Assembly (NCBI RefSeq): GCF_000017945.1
Contig: NC_009776.1
Location: 1,110,001-1,142,000 of the forward strand
DNA length: 32,000 nt
Direction: 5' to 3'
Origin: Ignicoccus hospitalis KIN4/I
GTDB taxonomy: Archaea > Thermoproteota > Thermoprotei_A > Sulfolobales > Ignicoccaceae
Shown here: piece after piece, positions 16,309-24,024 of the stretch
How positions within the stretch are numbered: the first letter of the stretch is position 1
How the letters are laid out: every line of letters begins with the position of its first letter
Notes under the pieces: model-generated
What the model was told of the DNA's origin: nothing
What the model saw: the letters and a program-made list of their open reading frames with translations, nothing else
Databases searched by the model: none
Made by a program: the position numbers and the translations under genes

Positions 16309-16926
16309 ATGATGAGTGGCGACGGCTCGAGCGGTGAAGAGAGGATACCTCTCAGAGGCCCCTTCGTGGAGAGCTGGGTGAGGGGGGAGAGGGCAGTCGA
16401 GCTCGTCAAGGCCTTCTACTTGGGCTGTCTGTGCGAGGGCTGCTCCCTCTGTCCCCCGAGGGTTACCGTCAAGGGTTGGAAGGGGGTGAAGAGGAAGGCG
16501 ATAATCTTCGCCTTGCCGGGGGAGAGGGAGGAGTTCAGGGCCGCCGCGAGGCACAGGTACGTGGACGGGATATCGTTCGGCAAGAGGACCTTGAGGTACT
16601 TCGACGACAGCCAAGCCAAGCTCATGTTCCAGTACGGCAAGGTGGGCGAGGTGAGGGTCCGCGAGGTCATAAATCACCCCAAGAGCCTAAACGACTTGAA
16701 GTTTGTGATAAACTTAGCGTTGAACAAGGAGGTCCCCATGACCTTCACTTGCGCGCCGGAGAGCCCCTTGGAGGTCTGCCACCCCTTCCAAGTGCTTTCG
16801 CTGATAGAAGCTCTGGGCTACCAAGAGGAGGACGTCAAGGCCTTGTGGGGCTTGGGGTCAAATTTCTTAATCAGTTTGGTGGAGGCCAAGCTGGGGATGA
16901 GGACGGTGTTAAGAGGCGAAGGGTGA
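16309..16926 (+). CDS. rnp3: Probable RNase P protein component 3 (Rpp30-like)
   Basis: About 205 aa from ATG 16309. The C-terminal part (FTCAPESPLEVCHPFQVLSLIEALGYQEEDVKAL) resembles, from memory, the Rpp30 TIM-barrel C-terminus. The call is tentative. The upstream in-frame ORF extension overlaps mdh and is rejected. Confidence 0.4.
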   Translation: MMSGDGSSGEERIPLRGPFVESWVRGERAVELVKAFYLGCLCEGCSLCPPRVTVKGWKGVKRKAIIFALPGEREEFRAAARHRYVDGISFGKRTLRYFDDSQAKLMFQYGKVGEVRVREVINHPKSLNDLKFVINLALNKEVPMTFTCAPESPLEVCHPFQVLSLIEALGYQEEDVKALWGLGSNFLISLVEAKLGMRTVLRGEG

Positions 16927-16946
16927 GCTAGAACCCACGCCCCGAC

Positions 16947-18062
16947 TCAGCCCAAGTAGACGAAGGCGGTCTTCAAATAGTCCTCCAAGCCCATCCGGGT
17001 GCTGTGGTCCGGGGCGGAGCCCCTCAACTCTAGTATTCTGTACTTGGGGGCCAAGGCTTGGTGGACGGCCCTCACGAAAGTCTCCCTATCCATGCTCCGC
17101 GAGCAAGAGGAGAGCACGGCTAGGACCTCTATTATCGACCCCGCGCCGGAGTAAGCCCTCACGTACCTAACGTAACCGTCCTTGTAGTCGTCCATTAAGG
17201 CCGGTGGGTCTACGCTGCCCACTTCGAAAGACTTTCCCCTCTTAATACTCCTCGCGAAGAACTTCCAAGCGTCCTCCCTAACTACCCTCACCTTCCCCTC
17301 GTCGAAGTTGTTCAGCCTCAAGTTCTCCCTCAGAACCCTCAAAGCCCAAGGGTCCTCGTCCACGAAGGTTACTTCCCTCGCGCCGGCCTTCAAGGCGTGG
17401 AGGCCGAAGCCGCCGGTGTAGGAGAAGGCGTCCAAGAACTTAGAGCCGGAAGAGAACCTCTCCGCGTAAACCCGGTTCTCCCTCTGGTCCAAGTAGAGCC
17501 CGGTCTTCTGCCCCTCTATGCTCACCTTGAACTTCACCCCCTCCTCGTCCACCACGGTCTCCTTCTTATTGCCTATCAAGAGGCCCTCCCTAGGGGGCAA
17601 GCCCACCTTGGCCCTGACCCTCTGGGAGCTCTTCTCGGCCACCGCCTCCGCCCCGGTCACGTCCTTCACTATCTTCGCTATGGTCATTATGTGCTTGTCT
17701 ATAGCTAGGGAGGAGGACTGGAGGACGGCCAAATCCTTGTAGACGTCAACTATTAGGCCGGGGAAGGAGTCGCCGTCCCCGTTAATCAAGCGGTAAGCCT
17801 CGTAGCGGAGGAGGGACTTGGCCTCGAAGGCCTTCTCTATAACTTCTCTAAAAGCCTCCTCCGCGCTGTCCGGGCAAGGCTCGAAGGAGATCACCCTAAC
17901 TCCTATCTTGTCTAAGAGGCCGCACGCCAAGTCCTCCTCGCCGTCGCTCAAGGTGACCAAGGCCCCGACGGGCGCCGGCGAGCCCTTGAGCCACCTCCTA
18001 TAGATTATCATTTCCCCTCTTTCCAAAAGTTTCGGACCTTCCCCCACCACTCTAATCCGCAT
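16947..18062 (-). CDS. PUA-domain class I SAM-dependent RNA methyltransferase (RlmI/PH1915-like)
   Basis: An N-terminal PUA-like region is followed by FPGLIVDVYKDLAVLQSSS and the SAM motif LDAFSYTGGFGLHALKAGAREVTFVD. Confidence 0.8.
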   Translation of the reverse strand: MRIRVVGEGPKLLERGEMIIYRRWLKGSPAPVGALVTLSDGEEDLACGLLDKIGVRVISFEPCPDSAEEAFREVIEKAFEAKSLLRYEAYRLINGDGDSFPGLIVDVYKDLAVLQSSSLAIDKHIMTIAKIVKDVTGAEAVAEKSSQRVRAKVGLPPREGLLIGNKKETVVDEEGVKFKVSIEGQKTGLYLDQRENRVYAERFSSGSKFLDAFSYTGGFGLHALKAGAREVTFVDEDPWALRVLRENLRLNNFDEGKVRVVREDAWKFFARSIKRGKSFEVGSVDPPALMDDYKDGYVRYVRAYSGAGSIIEVLAVLSSCSRSMDRETFVRAVHQALAPKYRILELRGSAPDHSTRMGLEDYLKTAFVYLG

Positions 18063-18135
18063 CCTTCAGACCTAGTGAGAGGCCGGCGGTTAGGATTTCA
18101 AAAACGGAACCGTTCGGTATTACCAGTTTAACAAG

Positions 18136-18143
18136 CTTTATTA
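18136..18143 (+). promoter_or_regulatory. TATA-box candidate for the small membrane protein gene
   Basis: CTTTATTA lies about 45 nt upstream of ATG 18184. A strong Shine-Dalgarno GAGGTGGAGG at 18172-18181 lies between them. Confidence 0.45.
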
Positions 18144-18183
18144 GCCGGTCATCTCTAGTGTGGAAGCGAGAGAGGTGGAGGAA

Positions 18184-18417
18184 ATGAGGAGGAGCAGGTT
18201 GTTGACCCTGGGCGGTATCGGCTACACCGCCGTGATCGCGTTGGCGGCGCTCGTCCTCGTAATGGGCGCCCTCGGGCTCGTGCTCAAGGTGGCCGCCGCG
18301 GCCGGCGCGCTGCCTTCCGAGGTCGCCAAGGTCGCTAACGCGCTGCCCGGCCTGAAGGCCTCGGTCGATGCGAACCCCGCCGCTGGCTCCCTCAGCTCCG
18401 TATCCGTCAGCACGTAA
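18184..18417 (+). CDS. Small Ala-rich membrane protein (77 aa), unknown function
   Basis: MRRSR is followed by about 30 hydrophobic residues (LLTLGGIGYTAVIALAALVLVMGALGLVL) and an Ala-rich tail. Third codon positions are G/C-rich like neighbouring genes. It has its own TATA, SD and downstream T6 run. The antisense ORF 18222-18452 lacks such signals. Confidence 0.55.
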   Translation: MRRSRLLTLGGIGYTAVIALAALVLVMGALGLVLKVAAAAGALPSEVAKVANALPGLKASVDANPAAGSLSSVSVST

Positions 18418-18434
18418 ATTCTAGAATACCCTCC

Positions 18435-18457
18435 TTTTTTAGATGCGTCCAAGACGC
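18435..18457 (+). terminator. T6 run plus GCGTC-CAA-GACGC hairpin downstream of the small membrane protein gene
   Basis: TTTTTT lies at 18435-18440, 18 nt after the stop. A perfect 5-bp hairpin lies at 18445-18457. Oligo-T tracts are the usual archaeal termination signal. Confidence 0.45.
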
Positions 18458-18576
18458 TTACCCTACGCTCGGCGTTTTAGGTATTCTTATACTTCCTCCC
18501 CTTAAGCTCTATGGGGCGCATAAGGCCCTAACAAGCGATATAACCTCCGCCCTCTAGCCCCACCGGGTTCCCACAC

Positions 18577-19416
18577 TTGAGGGAAGTGAGCAAGCTAATT
18601 GAAGTCACTACGTCAGAAAAGGTAAAAAAGATAGAAGAGGTAGCAAAGCTCATGAGGAAGTACATAATCGAGATGGCCAGCGTAGAGAAGACCGTCCACC
18701 TAGGCTCCAGCATGTCCGTAGTGGAGATCTTGGCGACCATCTGGCTGGGCGCGATGGAGCCTAGGAAGTGCGACGAGAGGCCTACGGAGCACGACTGGTT
18801 GATCCTCAGTAAGGGCCACGCCGTACCGGCGTTCTACGCGCTGCTCGCCGCCCTGGAGCTCATACCCCCTCACTGGGTCAAGACCATAAGAGATATTTCC
18901 AGCCCCCTCCAAGGCCACCCGGACGACACCTTAGCTTGCGTTGACGCCCCCACGGGCAGCCTAGCCCAAGGCTTCAGCTTCGCCACCGGAGTCGCTAAGG
19001 GTCTAAAGATGAAGGGCAGCAAGAAGAGGGTTTACGTGGTCCTAGGCGACGGGGAGCTGGACGAGGGAGAGGTCTGGGAGGCCGCCTCCACTGCCGCCGC
19101 GCACTCCCTCGACAACTTAACGGCCGTAGTGGACTGGAACGGCTTCCAGCTCGACGGGGAGACATTCAAAGTAAAAAATAAAGGCGACTTAATAGGGAAG
19201 TGGAAGGCCTTCGGGTGGCACGTCATAGTGGTGGACGACGGCCACGACGTGGCGAGCTTGTTGGAGGCCTTGGAAGAGGCTAAAAATGTGAAGGGCAAAC
19301 CTACCGTCATATTGGCTAAGACCGTTAGGGGTAAGGGGGTTCCGAGCATAGAGGGGACCAAACAGCAGAGGATAGAGCCCTCCGAGGCGCGCAAGCTGCT
19401 CGAGGAGATGAGCTGA
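18577..19416 (+). CDS. Transketolase, N-terminal (TPP-binding) subunit
   Basis: HLGSSMSVVEILATIW, ILSKGHAVPAFYALLA, LQGHPD and GDGELDEGEVWEA are hallmarks of the split transketolase N-half. The start is TTG 18577 or GTG 18586. A TATA-like GATATAAC lies at 18537-18544. Confidence 0.85.
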   Translation: MREVSKLIEVTTSEKVKKIEEVAKLMRKYIIEMASVEKTVHLGSSMSVVEILATIWLGAMEPRKCDERPTEHDWLILSKGHAVPAFYALLAALELIPPHWVKTIRDISSPLQGHPDDTLACVDAPTGSLAQGFSFATGVAKGLKMKGSKKRVYVVLGDGELDEGEVWEAASTAAAHSLDNLTAVVDWNGFQLDGETFKVKNKGDLIGKWKAFGWHVIVVDDGHDVASLLEALEEAKNVKGKPTVILAKTVRGKGVPSIEGTKQQRIEPSEARKLLEEMS

Positions 19417-19491
19417 ACTTTATAGCATCGCTCCCCTCCCCCCTCGGGGTGTGTAGCCTTTCCGATAAGGGACTGGCCGTACGAGAAGCTC

Positions 19492-19884
19492 TTGGAGAGG
19501 GCCTACAGCATGCTCCCGAGCAGGGTGGAGCACAAGGAGAGGTTCCAAGTGCCCAAGCCGAGGGTGCTAATAGTCGGAGACAAGACCATAGTACAGAACT
19601 TCAAACAAATATGCGACGTACTGAGGAGGGAACCAAAGATAGTGACCAAGTGGTTCGCCAAAGAGCTCGCCGTGCCAGTCCAAATAGGCGAGAGCGGGGA
19701 GATGGTGCTTACCGGGAGGTTCTCGCCCCAAATAATAGAGAGGTTGTTGCAGAAGTTCGTGGAGCAGTACGTCATATGCCCTACTTGTGGCGGGCCCGAC
19801 ACCGAGCTCATAAGGCTGGACAGGAAGGTGTGGATCCTAAGGTGTCACGTCTGCGGCGCGGAGACCCCCGTGCCGCCCTTGTGA
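19492..19884 (+). CDS. eif2b: Translation initiation factor 2, beta subunit (start codon uncertain)
   Basis: FQVPKP...GDKTIVQNF...REPKIVTKWFAKELA and the C-terminal zinc ribbon ICPTCGGPDTELI...LRCHVCGAETPV are present. TTG 19492 is the first canonical start, but family-conserved residues continue upstream (see findings). Confidence 0.9.
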   Translation: MERAYSMLPSRVEHKERFQVPKPRVLIVGDKTIVQNFKQICDVLRREPKIVTKWFAKELAVPVQIGESGEMVLTGRFSPQIIERLLQKFVEQYVICPTCGGPDTELIRLDRKVWILRCHVCGAETPVPPL

Positions 19885-19896
19885 GGTGGAGCGTCC

Positions 19897-20088
19897 ATGA
19901 AGTATTGCCCCCGCTGCAAGTCACCCATGGAACTCAATATAGAGAAGAGCGTTTCCTCCGACGGGACGGTGAAGGTCCTCTACTTCTACCGGTGCAAGGC
20001 ATGTGGCTACAGGCTGGAGGACGCTGTGTTGCTAATGAAGAAGGGCGACGGGGGCTACGAGGTTAAAGCAGTAGAATACCTAGATTGA
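19897..20088 (+). CDS. Small zinc-ribbon protein (63 aa)
   Basis: CPRC...CKAC four-Cys ribbon. The ATG is preceded by the Shine-Dalgarno GAGGTGGA. It starts 13 nt downstream of the aIF2-beta stop. Confidence 0.6.
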   Translation: MKYCPRCKSPMELNIEKSVSSDGTVKVLYFYRCKACGYRLEDAVLLMKKGDGGYEVKAVEYLD

Positions 20089-20093
20089 GGGCT

Positions 20094-22403
20094 TCACGAC
20101 TCCAGTTTTATTTCTTCGACCACCTCGACCCTCCTATACCACTGCGCGGCGAGCGCGGCCATGCCCACCACGGACGCGAGGAGCAGCAGCGCCTCTAGCC
20201 TCCAGTCGGCTTCGTGGGGGATCAAGTAGACCTCGGAGAGCCTCCCGGCCACGTAAGCGCCCACCGTCTCTTCGACCAAGAGTGAGGGGATTAGGGCCGC
20301 CGCCGCCACGAGCCCCCACTTCGTCAAGGATACGGTAAGGTACTCCTTGCTGGTTAGGCCCAGGGACTTCAAGAGCGCTAAGAACCTACTCTTCAGCACG
20401 ACGTCGCTGAAGCTGAAGGTCGCTAGGGCGAGTACTACTATTGAGGTCCCCAACAAGGTAGTTAGGGAAGTTGAGAGGGCCACTTGCCTCAAGTTGTCCC
20501 TCAGCTCCCTCTCGAACTCCGTCCAAGTTAGGGAGGTCGCCGCGTAGGCGTTTGAGACGAACGTGGCGTGGACCTCCTTGGCTATCTCCAGCTCCGGGGA
20601 TCCGGAGACGTAAATCACCATGACGCTGTACTCCCTCGCGGGGAGGTAGGCCTTAGGGAGTATCACGGTAGGCGGGAACATCGGGTAGGAGAAGATCCCG
20701 CTTACCTTGACCTCAAAGGCCCTCTTAACCCCCTTGCTCTCCACCTCTACTTTGACTATGTCTCCCACCTTCAGCCCCATCTCGTGGGCCAAGAGGTCGC
20801 TCACAGCTATTTCCCCTCGGCCGGGGTACTTGCCGGCCACCAAGCGGGGGGCGAGGTCCCAACAGCTCCCCTTGAGGGCTTGAAGGCAAGCCTTGCCGTA
20901 GACGGGGACCTCCTCGCCGTCCTTCACTATTTTAACCTTGAAGTTGACCGAGCCGTAGAGGCTCTCCACCCAAACGCTCATCGAGCTGTAGCCCTTCAAC
21001 CCCTCGAGCTGCGGGAGCACGTACCCTACGGGGGGACTTATCTTAGGTATTTTTAGGAAGGTCACCGCCACGTCGTAGTACTTTGGGACTTCAACCTTTG
21101 TAAGGCCTTCCTTGATGAGAGTTGGGATGGTGATAAGGCTCAAGGTTAGTGACAATAGAACCACCGCCGCAAGGAACCTCCACGTCGCCGCCTTGTTCTC
21201 TGAGACCGCTATCATGACTCGGAAAGGCAAAGAGCTCTCCATGCTTAACCTGACCTTCAATCCGTAGAACCTCAGCGCCTCCACGAGGTTCATCTTACTT
21301 ATTGCTATTATAGACGTCAAGATTGTTAATACAGTAGTTAAGGCGGACATGGCAAACACCGCCAAGACAGTCTTGGGACTCACGGTAAGGGTAACGAAGG
21401 CCTTGAGGGGTTCCAGCCTGGGGTGGGACAGGGCGACGTTCACTGAGCTTATCGCCACAGCAGTTCCGAAGAGCAGCGCGAGGAGGGTCCCTAGGAACAC
21501 TCTGGAGCCCCACACGCCGCTCAAGTACAGCGTCATGTCCTTTAGCGAGGCGCCTATCGACCTTAGCGTAGCTACCTCTCTGACGTTCCTCTCGATGTAT
21601 ATCACGCTAACTATCAACAAAACTATCGTTACGACGGCCCAAGATATCTCTGACATAACTTCTAAGACGTTCGAGCTCTCTAATATCACGTCCTCTCCGG
21701 GGTAGAACAGCAAGTCCCTCTTCGAGTCGAACACAAGCGCGACGAAGCCTCCGACATCCTTTATTACTTCTTTAACCTTCTTAGCCCCGTCGGGGTCGTC
21801 GGTAACAACGCTGTAGACCGTGTAGCCTCCGAACTCCCTCTTGAGCCTCTCGCCGTCCTCCTCGTTCAAGAAGAGCACCGGACCCGCCGGCAAGGGGAGT
21901 CCGCCCTCCGCATAACCCACTACCTTCTCTACGAACGGTTCCACGGGGTTCAGCGTGACAACGGGATAGACCCTTAACACCATCCCGGGCTTGACGAACT
22001 CCGCGCTCCCCTTTAACAAGACTGCTTCTCCTTGGCGCAAGTTGGGGGCCTTGAACCCCCCGAGCAAGGTGTCGTTCCGGTACGCGGCCTCGGAATAGCC
22101 CAACAACAGGGGGACCGTCGAGTTACAACACTCCCCGTAAGAAGGGACCACTGCGTAGCCGGTGAAGTCCTTGACCCAGCTGAGGTTTTTCATGATTTCG
22201 TCCACGTAGTAGGGTATGTAGCCGAGGACCACTATGTCCCCATAACTCATCGTGAGGTAGTTAGAGAACAGAGGGAGGAGGGTGTCCTTTAAGACTTGGG
22301 AGGTTACGTACATACTTAATGAGAACGCAACCATTAACGATATAACTAAGGTCTCAACGGCTTTCTTCCTCGCAGTTTTGATACCTACCTTCAGCGCCGA
22401 CAA
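20094..22403 (-). CDS. ABC transporter permease, FtsX/MacB-type (duplicated FtsX domain)
   Basis: 769 aa. Two blocks of TM helices each follow a large extracytoplasmic domain. It overlaps the upstream ATPase gene by 13 nt. Confidence 0.85.
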   Translation of the reverse strand: MSALKVGIKTARKKAVETLVISLMVAFSLSMYVTSQVLKDTLLPLFSNYLTMSYGDIVVLGYIPYYVDEIMKNLSWVKDFTGYAVVPSYGECCNSTVPLLLGYSEAAYRNDTLLGGFKAPNLRQGEAVLLKGSAEFVKPGMVLRVYPVVTLNPVEPFVEKVVGYAEGGLPLPAGPVLFLNEEDGERLKREFGGYTVYSVVTDDPDGAKKVKEVIKDVGGFVALVFDSKRDLLFYPGEDVILESSNVLEVMSEISWAVVTIVLLIVSVIYIERNVREVATLRSIGASLKDMTLYLSGVWGSRVFLGTLLALLFGTAVAISSVNVALSHPRLEPLKAFVTLTVSPKTVLAVFAMSALTTVLTILTSIIAISKMNLVEALRFYGLKVRLSMESSLPFRVMIAVSENKAATWRFLAAVVLLSLTLSLITIPTLIKEGLTKVEVPKYYDVAVTFLKIPKISPPVGYVLPQLEGLKGYSSMSVWVESLYGSVNFKVKIVKDGEEVPVYGKACLQALKGSCWDLAPRLVAGKYPGRGEIAVSDLLAHEMGLKVGDIVKVEVESKGVKRAFEVKVSGIFSYPMFPPTVILPKAYLPAREYSVMVIYVSGSPELEIAKEVHATFVSNAYAATSLTWTEFERELRDNLRQVALSTSLTTLLGTSIVVLALATFSFSDVVLKSRFLALLKSLGLTSKEYLTVSLTKWGLVAAAALIPSLLVEETVGAYVAGRLSEVYLIPHEADWRLEALLLLASVVGMAALAAQWYRRVEVVEEIKLES

Positions 22404-23062
22404 TTCAACCTACCCCCCTCCAAAGCGCAGACTGCGTCGGCGACGGCGACTATCTCCTCCTCGTGAGTGCTAACTATAGCGCACCCGCCGGAGTCCGCGA
22501 ACTCCCTAATTATGCTCGCGACTAACCTCCTATTCCCTTTGTCCAAGTTGGAGGCGGGCTCGTCCGCCACCAGTATCTTGGGCGAGTTCGCCAAAGCTCT
22601 GGCGACGGCCGCCCTCTGCTGCTCCCCTCCGGAGAGCTCCGTCGGGTAGCGTTCGAGCTTATCGCCTAACCCTAGCCTCTCTAACAACATTTTCGCCCTC
22701 AGCTTGGCCTTGTGCGGAGGCATCCCGACCAACTCCATGGGAAGCATGACGTTCTCGAGAACGGTCAAGGTAGGTATCAACTGCAAGCTCTGGAACACCA
22801 CGCCTACGTTGTGTCTCCTCCACTTGGCCCTCCACTCCTCGCTCTTGAGGACCTTTTTGCCCAAGTGAAATATTGAGCCCCTATCCGGGTAGTCTACCGT
22901 AGAGATCAAGTGGAGGAGCGTGCTCTTCCCGGAGCCCGAGGGGCCCACCACCGCAACCACTTCCCCGAAGCCCGCCTCGAGGTCGACCCCCCGGAGGACC
23001 TCCACCCTCTGAGGGCCGACCCGATAGCCCTTCCAGACCCCCCTGGCGGCCACGCACGACAA
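22391..23062 (-). CDS. ABC transporter ATP-binding protein (MacB/LolD-like)
   Basis: Walker A GPSGSGKSTLL, Q-loop, signature LSGGEQQRAAVARAL and Walker B ILVADEPASNLD are all present. The start is TTG 23062 or GTG 23053. Confidence 0.95.
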   Translation of the reverse strand: MSCVAARGVWKGYRVGPQRVEVLRGVDLEAGFGEVVAVVGPSGSGKSTLLHLISTVDYPDRGSIFHLGKKVLKSEEWRAKWRRHNVGVVFQSLQLIPTLTVLENVMLPMELVGMPPHKAKLRAKMLLERLGLGDKLERYPTELSGGEQQRAAVARALANSPKILVADEPASNLDKGNRRLVASIIREFADSGGCAIVSTHEEEIVAVADAVCALEGGRLNCRR

Positions 23063-23068
23063 GCCTTC

Positions 23069-23094
23069 GGACCGGTCCCCAACTTGCCGGCAAG
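23069..23094. promoter_or_regulatory. Two adjacent perfect palindromes between the RHH-protein gene and the ABC ATPase gene
   Basis: GGACCGGTCC (23069-23078) and CTTGCCGGCAAG (23083-23094) are each their own reverse complement. They lie 7-32 nt upstream of the ATPase start. Confidence 0.35.
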
Positions 23095-23119
23095 GCTAAA
23101 AGAAGTGTCGTTTCCTCAC

Positions 23120-23983
23120 TTACTCTTCTTGGACGCTCCTCCTCAAGTCCGGCGACGCCGTCCAGCCCCGCGAGGCGTCGTAGTATATCAAGCCGTCTTC
23201 CCTTAGAGCCTCGAACAACTTGAACAGCCTCTCGTCGTTTAGAGCTTCCATGACCTCTTCCTCGGAGCTCCCGGCCTCCGAGAGCCTCTGCCAGAACTCC
23301 TCCCAAGCCTCCGGGTGCACCACCACGCGGCCGTGCTTGGTTGTTTCAATGACCAAAGCCCCGCTCTTCTTCAACTTTTCGATGAGCTTGTCCACGTTTC
23401 TGGCGAACGCCATGTCTTCCTCGAAGTTAACCTTCCTTTCCCTCAAAATATCCATTGCCGATCGCTTTTTCTTTTTATCGTACGTCTTTTCGACAGTCAC
23501 GGGCGCTTCCTTACGAACCTCCTCGTGCTCCGGCTGCGGAGCCTTGTACTTCTCTTCCAGCTCCTCAACCCTCTCCAAGAGCTCCCCCAACTGGCGGGAG
23601 AGGGAGTCCACCTTCTGGCTCCACGGGTTTATCATGTCGACCACTTTCCTCTCTATCCTCTTAACGGCCTCGTCGACAAGCTTGTTAAGCAGCTCCTTCT
23701 CGTCCAAGTTGAGCCCCTCTATAGCTATTGAGGACAGCTTGCTCTCGAGGGCCTCTTCGATGAGCTTCCATACAGCCTCTTGCAGCTTCGTCGGCAGTTC
23801 GCCCCTCTCCAGCCTCTCTATCCTAGCCTCCAACGCCCTGGGGTTGAAGGGAGACCTCTCGAGCTCTCTGGAGAGAACTTCAAGCACGTAATCCGTCACT
23901 AAGGCGTAACCCTCTTCCTTTGCCCTCCTCTCCAACTCCTCGTAGAAGTCGTCGCTGACCCTCAACACTATCTTTTTGGTCAC
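23120..23983 (-). CDS. Ribbon-helix-helix (CopG-like) N-terminal domain protein with long coiled-coil and C-terminal globular region; function unknown
   Basis: MTKKIVLRVSDDFYEELERRAKEEGYALVTDYVLEVL fits a beta-strand plus two helices, as in RHH folds. A heptad-rich E/K/L region of about 120 aa follows. The C-terminal part (ALVIETTKHGRVVVHPEAW...LFEALREDGLIYYDASRGW) looks winged-helix-like. Confidence 0.65.
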   Translation of the reverse strand: MTKKIVLRVSDDFYEELERRAKEEGYALVTDYVLEVLSRELERSPFNPRALEARIERLERGELPTKLQEAVWKLIEEALESKLSSIAIEGLNLDEKELLNKLVDEAVKRIERKVVDMINPWSQKVDSLSRQLGELLERVEELEEKYKAPQPEHEEVRKEAPVTVEKTYDKKKKRSAMDILRERKVNFEEDMAFARNVDKLIEKLKKSGALVIETTKHGRVVVHPEAWEEFWQRLSEAGSSEEEVMEALNDERLFKLFEALREDGLIYYDASRGWTASPDLRRSVQEE

Positions 23984-24024
23984 CGCCAGTACCCGAAGGC
24001 CCTTTACGTTTCGGCGAACATAAA

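Noticed and set aside
18222-18452. Antisense 76-aa ORF opposite the small membrane protein gene.
   Set aside because: It has no TATA or SD and its product is a low-complexity Ala/Ser/Thr sequence. The plus-strand ORF has a promoter, a strong SD, a TM segment and a terminator.
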